Shown here in pieces: positions 30,324-39,700 of a stretch of DNA of 64,000 bases; positions within the stretch are counted from its first letter, which is position 1; the number at the start of each line of letters is the position of its first letter. The position numbers and the translations under genes are program-made. Source of the stretch: Nemertoderma westbladi (Eukaryota > Animalia > Xenacoelomorpha). The DNA is taken from contig JAUCBJ010001846.1 in the NCBI GenBank assembly GCA_032718475.1, positions 310,001 through 374,000 on the forward strand, read 5' to 3'. Below the pieces are notes generated by a model. It saw only the letters and a program-made list of their open reading frames with translations, was not told where the DNA came from and made no database searches.

Positions 30324-30869
30324 CTATACTAAGTTGACTCTGTTTTTAAACCAGCCGTAAACATATTTTTCATCTTTTTGTCGACGTTCTGCCAGCTCAA
30401 TGTAGAATGCGCCTTGCAGAGAATTGAGCATGTTCAATAAAAGATTTTCATTGTCTCTTTTTTGCATAAAAGCTATCAGTGCCTTTAATATTTTGGGACC
30501 AATATCGCCATCAACTTTAATGTCGCTGTAATATCGTTGGCGATTATTTAAAACATTTAAGCAGCGTTGTAAAAATTCCGCTGATCACCCAACCCCCATA
30601 TTAACCCCTGTGTCTACAAGCTCTTGTGCAATTTTGGGGGCAATTTGCTCAACTTCATCCAAGCTAAGGGCATCCCAATATTTATGCGCGTATATTTCAT
30701 AGGCGATTGATCGAGGTAAATCTTTCATTGAACCTGAAAAATCATGTCGACGCGCCATTGCAGCCGTAATACCATAATTGGTTTCCCCGCCTGAATCGTC
30801 TGGATCATTAACATAACCACCTTCTACTTTAATGATGTGATTAATAATTGTTTCTTTGAGAGATGACAT
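30324..30869 (-). pseudogene. glycoside hydrolase family 108 lysozyme with PG-binding domain, interrupted by an in-frame TGA
   Basis: EGGYVNDPDDSGGETNYGIT...NMGVG*SAEFLQRCLN...VDGDIGP...YGWFKNRV; same frame on both sides of TGA 30585-30587. Confidence 0.88.
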
Positions 30870-31025
30870 AATGATGCAAGAAAAGCTTTTTATAAATTAT
30901 AAAATTGTAGCACTTTGAGTGATTTTTGTCCGACAGAATACTAACATTTAACCTAAAATAGGCTCAGTATTGATTTGACAAATTTTTGATTTGTATTAAA
31001 AATTGGAACCTTACCAATTCTATTT

Positions 31026-31099
31026 GGCTATGTAGCTCAGCTGGTTAGAGCGCGGCATTCATAATGCTGAGGTCGGCAGTTCAAGTCTGCCCATAGCCA
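31026..31099 (+). tRNA. tRNA-Met(CAT), elongator type
   Basis: GGCTATG/CATAGCC acceptor stem (paired G1-C72), TTCATAA loop. Confidence 0.93.
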
Positions 31100-31127
31100 T
31101 TTGTTCGTTTTGACAGGGTTGTTTTTC

Positions 31128-31294
31128 ATGAAAGTTGCACTTTTACTGCTAGCTATTCTTGCTTTTGCTTTTTTGTGTTTTCAGACTTAAAAAGTGCAAT
31201 TCACGATGTAGCCGGGATTATTTTAATATTAGTTAGAGCTGTCTTACTATCGGGTACTAGTATTGTTAGGGCTATTGAAAATATAAAAAAGTGA
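31128..31294 (+). pseudogene. frameshifted small two-TM membrane protein remnant
   Basis: MKVALLLLAILAFAF, then the -1 frame across a T-run reads SDLKSAIHDVAGIILILVRAVLLSGTSIVRAIENIKK*. Confidence 0.4.
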
Positions 31295-31416
31295 GTTTGG
31301 AAATTGTTCAGACATGGAAAAATCTACAAGCCATGTTGTTTTTCAGGAGTTACATCAAAAAACACAACAATGTATGAGTCACACACTAGCAGTATTTATA
31401 GCAGTAAAACGGTTAG

Positions 31417-31572
31417 CTACTTAATTTTATATTCCTTATACTCACAATGCTTGCGAGCCACTGGGTCATATTTTTTAAATACCAATTTTTCGGTACCGGT
31501 TTTTTTATTTTTGGTAAAGGTATAAAAATGCCCTGTACCTTCTGAAGAAACCAATTTAATTTTTGTTCGCAT
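31417..31572 (-). CDS. rpmG: 50S ribosomal protein L33 (Zn-free type)
   Basis: Own translation [17 protein letters not shown]...[10 protein letters not shown]; missing from the ORF track. Confidence 0.96.
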   Translation of the reverse strand: MRTKIKLVSSEGTGHFYTFTKNKKTGTEKLVFKKYDPVARKHCEYKEYKIK

Positions 31573-31786
31573 AATTTTTCCCTAAAAATTCCTCAACGCC
31601 AACCCGACTAATCATGCGAATAGCTTTGGCAGATACCTTCAGTTTGATCCAGCGATTCTCACCTTCTAACCAAAACCTTTTATTTTGCAAATTAGGCAAA
31701 AAACGCCTTTTTGTTTTATTGTTTGCATGTGAAACATTATGCCCCTTTAAAGGGCGTTTGCCTGTGATTTGACATAAACGAGACAT
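31556..31786 (-). CDS. rpmB: 50S ribosomal protein L28
   Basis: [27 protein letters not shown]. Confidence 0.97.
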   Translation of the reverse strand: MSRLCQITGKRPLKGHNVSHANNKTKRRFLPNLQNKRFWLEGENRWIKLKVSAKAIRMISRVGVEEFLGKNYANKN

Positions 31787-31966
31787 AAAATAAATTAGAT
31801 AGTTCAAAAATTTAGCCTACTTATCATAAAGTATTATGATTGTTTTTGACAAGTCCAATAGCGTGAATATTGACTAACAGGCTTTACTCAAGTAAGAAGG
31901 GTTACTAATTTAGTAAATTCATTATAGAATCCTTTTTAGGAAATACTATAATGAAAACATTATAAT

Positions 31967-32048
31967 GGAGAGATTCCCGAGCGGTCAAAGGGATCAGACT
32001 GTAAATCTGACGGCTACGCCTTCGCAGGTTCGAATCCTGCTCTCTCCA
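31967..32048 (+). tRNA. tRNA-Tyr(GTA)
   Basis: CTGTAAA loop, long variable arm. Confidence 0.96.
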
Positions 32049-32054
32049 GGAATT

Positions 32055-32125
32055 GCGGGTATCGTATAATGGTAATACATTAGCCTTCCAAGCTGATGAT
32101 GGGGGTTCGATTCCCCCTACCCGCT
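32055..32125 (+). tRNA. tRNA-Gly(TCC)
   Basis: GCGGGTA acceptor stem, CTTCCAA loop. Confidence 0.96.
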
Positions 32126-32130
32126 TTGAT

Positions 32131-32202
32131 GCTCACCTAGCTCAGCGGCAGAGCACTTCCTTGGTAAGGAAGAGGTCGCCGGTTCAAATCCGGTGGTGAG
32201 CT
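32131..32202 (+). tRNA. tRNA-Thr(GGT)
   Basis: TTGGTAA loop; directly upstream of tuf. Confidence 0.96.
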
Positions 32203-32232
32203 AAATGATTGATTGGAATTTAACGAGAGGTA

Positions 32233-33444
32233 AAAAACCATGTCAGAAACATTCATCCGAAACAAACCCCACATCAACGTCGGCACCATCGGACACGTTG
32301 ACCACGGCAAAACCACACTATCCGCGGCCATCAGCAAACACTACGGTGTCGGTGACAAAAAAGCCTTTGACCAAATCGACAATGCCCCCGAAGAAAAAGC
32401 CCGTGGTATAACCATTGCCACCTCACATATCGAATACGAATCAGACAACCGACACTACGCCCACGTCGACTGCCCAGGGCATGCCGACTACGTCAAAAAC
32501 ATGATCACAGGGGCTGCACAAATGGACGGTGCCATCCTCGTTGTCAGTGCCACCGACGGCGCTATGCCCCAAACCAGAGAACACATCCTCCTTGCCCGTG
32601 AAGTTGGCGTCAAACACATTGTTGCATTTATAAACAAAATAGACATGGTAGACGATGAAGAAATGATCGAACTCGTTGAAATGGAAATACGTGAACAACT
32701 CACAAACTACGGATTCTCCGGTGACGACATTACCCTAGTCAAAGGCTCAGCCCTCAAAGCCCTAGAAGGTGATGAGACAGAAATAGGCAAAGGCGCTATT
32801 GATCAACTGATACAAGCCCTAGATAATGACATCCCCAAACCCAAAAGAGAAATTGACAAACCCTTCTACCTGCACATTGAAGACGTATTCTCTATTCCAG
32901 GTCGAGGAACTGTCGTAACAGGCCGAATTGATAGAGGTATCATCAAAGTCGGTGAAGAAATTGACATCATCGGATTCACAGAAGATCAAAAACCCGCTCA
33001 TAAAACCACCTGTACAGGCGTCGAAATGTTTAAAAAACAACTTGACCAAGGCCAAGCCGGCGACAACGTCGGCATACTCCTTCGGGGCATTAAAAAAGAA
33101 GAAGTTCAGCGCGGCCAAGTCCTATGCAAACCCGGCACCATTACCCCCCATAAAAAATTCACAGCAGAAATATACGCCCTCACCAAAGAAGAAGGTGGCA
33201 GGCATACCCCCTTTTTCACCGGTTACAGGCCCCAATTCTACTTTGGAACCACCGATGTAACAGGCTCTGCAGAACTCACAAAGGATGTCAAAATGGTGAT
33301 GCCGGGTGACAATGCTTCAATCTCAGTTGAACTGGTTGCCAATGTTCCCATGGAGAACAACCAACGCTTTGCTATTCGCGAGGGTGGTAGAACTGTGGGT
33401 GCGGGTGTTGTGAAGGAGATTGTTGATTAGATGGAGGTTTTATG
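32233..33444 (+). repeat. about 1.2-kb direct repeat, copy 1 (tuf plus flanks); copy 2 at 47974-49185
   Basis: All translated frames match between copies; shared AAAAACC leader and 14-nt tail ATGGAGGTTTTATG. Confidence 0.9.
32240..33430 (+). CDS. tuf: elongation factor Tu (tufB position)
   Basis: [17 protein letters not shown]. Confidence 0.99.
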   Translation: MSETFIRNKPHINVGTIGHVDHGKTTLSAAISKHYGVGDKKAFDQIDNAPEEKARGITIATSHIEYESDNRHYAHVDCPGHADYVKNMITGAAQMDGAILVVSATDGAMPQTREHILLAREVGVKHIVAFINKIDMVDDEEMIELVEMEIREQLTNYGFSGDDITLVKGSALKALEGDETEIGKGAIDQLIQALDNDIPKPKREIDKPFYLHIEDVFSIPGRGTVVTGRIDRGIIKVGEEIDIIGFTEDQKPAHKTTCTGVEMFKKQLDQGQAGDNVGILLRGIKKEEVQRGQVLCKPGTITPHKKFTAEIYALTKEEGGRHTPFFTGYRPQFYFGTTDVTGSAELTKDVKMVMPGDNASISVELVANVPMENNQRFAIREGGRTVGAGVVKEIVD

Positions 33445-33448
33445 TTTT

Positions 33449-33521
33449 AGGTGAGTAGCTCAATTGGTAGAGCGTCGGTCTCCAAAACCGAAGGTTGGGG
33501 GTTCGATCCCCTCCTTGCCTG
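33449..33521 (+). tRNA. tRNA-Trp(CCA)
   Basis: CTCCAAA loop; tuf-secE position. Confidence 0.96.
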
Positions 33522-33594
33522 TTTTTATATTGACTCAATGTAAAATATGTGATAAAAGTTTCTACTTTAGAATTGTTCCGCAATCCTGTCTTTG

Positions 33595-33930
33595 ATGTTT
33601 GAAAAATTGAAGCTGCTTTTTGTCCTAGTGTTAGGAGCCCTAAGCGTATTGTCTTTTTACTGGTTATCAAACCCAATTTATAAGGTCTTGGCTTTGTCTT
33701 CAGGTTTATTGAGCGCTATCGTTCTATTTTTGTTAACAACAAGTCAGGGTCAGAAGTTTTTTGTATTTTTAAAGGAAGTAAAGGTTGAGTTATTAAAGGT
33801 CTTTTGGCCAGAAAAAAGTGAATTAGCTCGAGGCACAGTTAGTGTATTTTTTCTTGTCTTTTTGTTTTCTTTATTTTTATGGTTAGTGGATTTATTCTTT
33901 AGTTGGTTTATTGCCAAATTGTTAGTTTAG
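33595..33930 (+). CDS. secE: preprotein translocase SecE
   Basis: ELLKVFWP motif, three TM segments, synteny. Confidence 0.93.
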   Translation: MFEKLKLLFVLVLGALSVLSFYWLSNPIYKVLALSSGLLSAIVLFLLTTSQGQKFFVFLKEVKVELLKVFWPEKSELARGTVSVFFLVFLFSLFLWLVDLFFSWFIAKLLV

Positions 33931-33944
33931 CTAAAGGGGTTATT

Positions 33945-34481
33945 TTGTCAAAAAATTGGTACATTTTACGGGTTGTGTCAGGTTATGAAAACAGGGTGAA
34001 GCTGTTACTTGAAAAAAAGATTCAAAGCAGTGAGTCACCTGAGTTATTCGGTGATATTGTGGTGCCAACTGAATCTTTTGTAGAGATGCGTGGGGGTCAA
34101 AAACATGAAGCTGAAAGAAGTTTTTTCCCTGGTTACATGTTGATTAATATGCAGGTTGATGAATACACATGGCGTTTAATAAATAACACTAATCGTGTCA
34201 TTGGTTTTTTAGGTGGTAAATCAGGTCAGCCAGTGCCTTTAAAAGATTCAGAGGTCAACAACATTATGGGTCAAATGCAAGATGGTGCGGCTAGACCAAA
34301 ACCTAAAATTGCTTATCATGAAGGCGAAAAAGTGCGTATATTAGATGGTCCATTTGAAGAATTTGATGGAATCATTGAGCAAGTCGGTTATGAAAAGAGT
34401 CAATTGCGTGTTTCTATCTCTATATTTGGTAGGCCGACTTCTGTCGATTTAGATTTTTCTCAAGTTCAAAAGGAAGAGTAG
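33945..34481 (+). CDS. nusG: transcription factor NusG
   Basis: WY..SGYE, FFPGY, KOW GPF, IFGRPT; TTG start inferred. Confidence 0.96.
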   Translation: MSKNWYILRVVSGYENRVKLLLEKKIQSSESPELFGDIVVPTESFVEMRGGQKHEAERSFFPGYMLINMQVDEYTWRLINNTNRVIGFLGGKSGQPVPLKDSEVNNIMGQMQDGAARPKPKIAYHEGEKVRILDGPFEEFDGIIEQVGYEKSQLRVSISIFGRPTSVDLDFSQVQKEE

Positions 34482-34483
34482 TT

Positions 34484-34912
34484 ATGGCAGTCAAGCAAGT
34501 TAAAAGTGTGATTAAACTTCAAATTAATGCAGGCGAAGCCAACCCTGCTCCACCTGTTGGGCCAGCACTGAGTCAGCATGGTTTAAATATCATGGATTTT
34601 TGTAAAGCATTTAACGAAAGGACAGCCAGCCAGAAGGGAACTCCTTTACCTGTTGCAATTAACGTTTATAAAGACCGAACTTTTGATTTTGATGTCAAAC
34701 AACCCCCTGCTTCTTTTTTAATTAGAAAGGCATTGGGTATTCAAAAAGGTAGTGCTGTTTCAAACCTAACAAAGGTTGGTAAATTGACTGATGTTCAACT
34801 AGAAGAAATTGCAAAACTTAAAAGCCCTGATTTAAATGCGGTTGATTTGGAGGCTGCAAAAAAAGTAATTGCAGGTACAGCAAGAAGCATGGGTGTAGAA
34901 ACGGAGTTGTAA
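34484..34912 (+). CDS. rplK: 50S ribosomal protein L11
   Basis: [11 protein letters not shown]. Confidence 0.98.
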   Translation: MAVKQVKSVIKLQINAGEANPAPPVGPALSQHGLNIMDFCKAFNERTASQKGTPLPVAINVYKDRTFDFDVKQPPASFLIRKALGIQKGSAVSNLTKVGKLTDVQLEEIAKLKSPDLNAVDLEAAKKVIAGTARSMGVETEL

Positions 34913-34914
34913 AA

Positions 34915-35613
34915 GTGGCTTATATTTCTAAAAAGAAAAAAATAATACTTGAAATGATTGATTCGACTAAATTGTACTTAGTTGATGATGCCATGGAATT
35001 GCTCAAAAAGGTACCACGAGCAAATTTTGTAGAATCAGTTGATATTGATGTTGCTTTGGGTATTGATACAAAAAAATCTGATCAAGTTGTTCGAGGTGCA
35101 GTGGTATTGCCCCATGGCACCGGTCGAAAGGTTGTAATAGCGGCATTTGTTGAGGATCAAATGGAACAAGTCGCAAAAGATGCGGGTGCTGATATTGTTG
35201 GATTAGATGTGTTGGTCGAAGAGATTAGTAAAACCCAAAAAGTTAGTTTTGATATTGCAATTGCACACCCGTCAGTGATGGGGAAATTGGGCAAGATTGC
35301 ACGTGTTTTAGGCTCAAAAGGTTTAATGCCTAATCCTAAAAATGGTACTCTATCGACTGATATTAAAACAGCGGTTGAAAATGTGAAGGCTGGTCAAGTT
35401 AACTATCGTGCTGATAAGTTTGGTATTGTTCATGCCTCAATTGGGCGTATTGATTTTGAAAATAATTGTTTAAAGGAAAACTTAGAATCTTTAGTGATTA
35501 GTTTGAAGAAATCCAAGCCCTCTACATCGAAAGGTATGTATTTAAAAAAATTGTCACTATCAGCAACGATGGGGGCCAGTATGAGGATAGATATTAATAG
35601 TTTAACAGTATAA
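34915..35613 (+). CDS. rplA: 50S ribosomal protein L1
   Basis: LPHGTG, GLMPNPK. Confidence 0.98.
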   Translation: MAYISKKKKIILEMIDSTKLYLVDDAMELLKKVPRANFVESVDIDVALGIDTKKSDQVVRGAVVLPHGTGRKVVIAAFVEDQMEQVAKDAGADIVGLDVLVEEISKTQKVSFDIAIAHPSVMGKLGKIARVLGSKGLMPNPKNGTLSTDIKTAVENVKAGQVNYRADKFGIVHASIGRIDFENNCLKENLESLVISLKKSKPSTSKGMYLKKLSLSATMGASMRIDINSLTV

Positions 35614-35629
35614 AGTTATTGCCTTTGCA

Positions 35630-35705
35630 TTCTCAGAGAAAATAGGTGTTCGATGATTAATTGAGCTTAATTTTGCCTGTTTAGAGAGCGGTTTTAATCA
35701 CTCTT
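35630..35705 (+). promoter_or_regulatory. L10 leader-like autoregulatory RNA
   Basis: ATAGG...CTTAAT...CCTGTTTAGA pattern in the rplA-rplJ spacer. Confidence 0.55.
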
Positions 35706-35741
35706 TTTGTGTATGTGAGGTAAATTGGAGGACAAATAATT

Positions 35742-36257
35742 GTGCTAGATTTAAAGAGAAAAAAAGAAATAGTTGCCGATACCGCTGATTGTTTTAATCG
35801 ATCAATTGCTGTGGTTGTTGCTGAGTATAAAGGGCTTAGCGTTTTACAAATGCAGCAGCTTAGAAGACTTGGCCAAGCATGCAATATTCAGTTTAAGGTC
35901 GTTAGGAATACATTGGCGAAAATAGCAACAAAGGGAACTATGTATGAAAATATTACCGATCAATTTAGTGATCAGGTTTTCTACGGGTTTTCTTATGAAT
36001 CGCCGGCTGCTTTGGGTCGTATTTTAAAAAAATACATCAAGGACAACGAGCAGATGAAGGTTCGGGTAATCTCTATTGAAGGCGAATTATTTACAGGTGA
36101 TCAACTAGGTGTTGTCGCTAATCTTCCAACATTTGACGAAGCGGTTGCTAAATTACTGGGTACTTTACAAGCGCCGCTAACAAAGTTTGCTCGAACTTTA
36201 AATGCTGTGCCACTTAAGTTGGTCCAAGTATTGATGGCAATTAGAGACAATAAATAA
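35742..36257 (+). CDS. rplJ: 50S ribosomal protein L10
   Basis: VVRNTL, LPTFDEA; synteny. Confidence 0.96.
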   Translation: MLDLKRKKEIVADTADCFNRSIAVVVAEYKGLSVLQMQQLRRLGQACNIQFKVVRNTLAKIATKGTMYENITDQFSDQVFYGFSYESPAALGRILKKYIKDNEQMKVRVISIEGELFTGDQLGVVANLPTFDEAVAKLLGTLQAPLTKFARTLNAVPLKLVQVLMAIRDNK

Positions 36258-36277
36258 AATAATCAAGGAGAGTGGTT

Positions 36278-36652
36278 ATGTCGATAAAAAAAGAAGATAT
36301 TGTAACGGCTATTGAGTCAATGCCCGTTAAAGAGGTTGTTGAATTAATCAGTGCATTAGAAGAAAAATTTGGGGTTAGTGCAGCCCAGATGATGGCAGCA
36401 CCTGCAGCCGCAGCCCCTAGCGGTGAGCAGGCTGAGGAGAAAACAGAGTTTAGTGTCATCCTCAAAAGTTTTGGTGAGAAAAAAGTGGCTGTCATTAAAG
36501 AGGTAAGAGCTATTACAGGTTTAGGTCTTAAAGAAGCAAAAGAGCTTGTTGAAGGGGACAGTTCAGTCGTGAAAGAAGGTATTAACAAAGAAGATGCAGA
36601 AAAGATTAAAAAGCAATTAGAAAATGCTGGTGCAACGGTTGAATTAAAATAA
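36278..36652 (+). CDS. rplL: 50S ribosomal protein L7/L12
   Basis: [17 protein letters not shown]. Confidence 0.98.
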   Translation: MSIKKEDIVTAIESMPVKEVVELISALEEKFGVSAAQMMAAPAAAAPSGEQAEEKTEFSVILKSFGEKKVAVIKEVRAITGLGLKEAKELVEGDSSVVKEGINKEDAEKIKKQLENAGATVELK

Positions 36653-36675
36653 TTTTTTTATTTAACAATATTTAC

Positions 36676-36704
36676 AGAGCCAAGTTTGTTCGCTTGGCTC
36701 TTTT
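36676..36704 (+). terminator. rplL-rpoB attenuator/terminator
   Basis: AGAGCCAAG-loop-CTTGGCTCT followed by T tract. Confidence 0.8.
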
Positions 36705-36735
36705 GGTTTTAATCAAAAATTAGGATTATTGTCGT

Positions 36736-39700
36736 ATGGGTTATTCATTTACTGAAAAAAAGCGTCTTCGTTATAACTTTAGAAAAGGTCCATTTAATTT
36801 TCCTATATCAAATCTTTTAGAATTACAATTAAGTCCCTATCATCAATTATTGCAGCGTGATGTTAAACCTGACCAACGACAAAACATTGGGTTGCAAGCT
36901 GTTTTTAATTCTGTTTTCCCCATGGTATCTAGCTCTGGGATGGCGGCTTTAGAATTTGTAAGTTATCAAATAAATGAGCCTGAATACAGTGTTAAAAGCT
37001 GTAAATTAAGGAGCTTAACTTACGCCATACCAATTAATGTTAAGTTACGTTTTGTTTTGTACCGAAAAAAATCTGGGTCAGAAAAATTAGTGATCCAGAA
37101 AGTTAAAGAACAAGAAGTATTTTTTGGTTCTATTCCAATGATGACCGATGACGGTGTATTTATTATTAATGGTACGGAACGTGTTGTGGTGTCTCAGTTA
37201 CATCGTGCACCTGGGGTTATTTTTACGCATGATAAAGGCCGAACCCATTCATCAGGTAAGTTGCTTTTCTCTGCGCGGGTAATTCCATATCGGGGCTCTT
37301 GGTTAGATTTTGAATTTGATCATCATGATGTTTTATATGCCCGAATTGACAGACGAAGAAAAATATTAGCCACTATTTTTTTAAAAGCAATGGGTATGGA
37401 TGCTGAGGAGATATTGTCCACCTTTTACCCGGTTTGTTCAGTGTCAATTGATGGTGAACAAGTAACACTTGATTCCTTATTAGTGGATGTATTTAATAGT
37501 GAATTGTTATCTGATGTAATAATCGAAGGAAAACAGTTTGCTAAAAAAGGTGACTGCATTAACGATTTATCACCTTTAAAGGATAAAAAAAATATTCAAT
37601 TATCAATTAATCATCTAGTTAATCAAGTGCTTTGTGTTGCAGTGGTTCATCCTAAAACAGGCGAAATATTGCTGCCAGCTAATCATGTCCTAAAGCTAGA
37701 AGACATTGTTGAGCTTAAAAAGAATAAAGTTAAGGAAATTCAGTTAATTAATGTTGATCGCAACAAGCACGGTAGTTACATTTCTGAAACATTGCGCGGT
37801 GAATCTATTCAATCAGAATCAGAAGCTCGTTTAGAAATTTATAAAGTGATACGCCCGGGGGAGCCCTCTTCTAAACAAACTGCTAATAGTTTGTTTGAGA
37901 ATTTCTTTTTTAATAACATCCGTTATGATCTATCGCCTGTTGGCCGCATGAAGATTAATCACCGTTTTGGTTCTAGTGAACAAAAAGGCCCTTTGTTTTT
38001 GGAAACGGATGACATCACCCAAGTGCTCAAGATTTTGATCAATATTCGTGATGGTTTAGATGAGGTTGACGACGTTGATGCACTAACCAATCGACGTATT
38101 CGATCAATTAATGAAATGGTTGAAAATCAGTGTCGAATTGCCTTGGCTCGTCTCGAAAAAACTATCAAAGATCGCTTAAGTATTGCAGCAGAAATAGAAA
38201 CACTCACCCCTAAGGATTTATTTCATGCAAGGCCCTTATCAAGTGCAATGCGGGATTTTTTTGGCTTAAGTCAGCTTTCTCAATTTATGGATCAAGTTAA
38301 CATTTTATCACGCTTGACACATAAGCGTCGAATATCTGCTTTAGGTCCGGGGGGTTTAACGCGCGAACGTGCAGGTTTTGAGGTTCGTGATGTTCATCCT
38401 TCACATTATGGACGCCTATGTCCTATTGAGACCCCAGAAGGCCCTAATATCGGTCTGATTAATACCATAGCGATTTATGCTAAAGTGAATCAATTTGGTT
38501 TTCTTGAAACACCTTATTATAAAGTTCAGGATGGTCGTATCTTAACCGATAAAGCATATTATCTATCCGCCATTAATGAGGGAAATCTTGTCATTGCACA
38601 AGCAGATGTTGAAATTGATAAAACGGGTTTAATACTTAATGATTCCGTGCTTTGTCGATATAAAAATGAGTTTATTGTCTTTAAACCTAAACAAGTTGAC
38701 TATATTGATGTATCTTCGCGTCAAATTGCATCTGTTGCAGCCTCTCTTATACCCTTTTTACCAAATGATGATGCCAACCGAGCCCTGATGGGCTCAAACA
38801 TGCAGCGACAAGCTGTTCCTACATTAATACCTGAAGCACCATTGGTGGGTACGGGTATGGAGTCAACTGTGATCGCCCATTCTTGCTCTGCCATTACTGC
38901 TAAAAATTCGGGTACTGTTGTTGATGTTGATGGGCTAAGTATTGTGATTTTACAAGATGAGGTTGTTGAGAAGATTGATTTTCTCAAAGGCGATGATCAA
39001 ACATTTTTAGATGTTTACGAGTTAGCAAAATATGAGCGTTCAAACCAAAGTACTTGTGTAAATCAAACCCCGCTCGTTAAAGTAGGGGATCGAGTTAGAA
39101 AGGGCGATGTCATCGCTGATGGCTCCTCCTTGGATAATGGTGAGCTTGCATTAGGCAAGAATTTGTTGGTCGCTTTTATGTCTTGGCATGGGTACAATTT
39201 TGAAGATTCCATTTTAATTTCTGAACGTCTTTATAAAGAGGATGTTTTAACCTCCATTCATATTGAAGAAATTACAGGATGTACAAGGGATACTCGTTTG
39301 GGACATGAGGAAATTACAGCGGATGTACCCGGTGTAAGTGAGGCAAGCCTATCAACACTTGATGCAACAGGTGTTGTTTATGTAGGTGCGCATGTTAAAA
39401 AAAGAGACATACTGATTGGTAAAGTAAGCCCTAAAGGAGATGACTTTGTTAGCCCAGAAGAGAAATTGCTTTATGCTATCTTTGGCGAGAAGGCTTCTAA
39501 TGTGAAAGATACATCTGTTTATGCAACCTATTCAGGATGCGTAACAGATGTTCAAATTTTTTCACACACCAAACTTAAAGAAGACACAGCAAGTGATAGA
39601 AATAAGGAACTTTACGGCGTTAATAAAACACTAACGTCTGAGTTTTTCTTTTACAAAAAGGAATTAATTAATCGTTTATATCAATCCTTAATGAAAGATG

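Noticed and set aside
30585-30587. TGA reassignment (code 4/25) or selenocysteine
   Set aside because: TGA ends gcvT, gcvP, pth, rpmD and rpmJ normally, Trp is encoded by TGG, and the position is not a catalytic Cys.
31304-31525. 73-aa plus-strand ORF
   Set aside because: Largely antisense to rpmG; no recognisable motifs.
32441-33260. Alternative-frame ORFs repeated at both tuf loci
   Set aside because: They recur only because the tuf DNA is duplicated.
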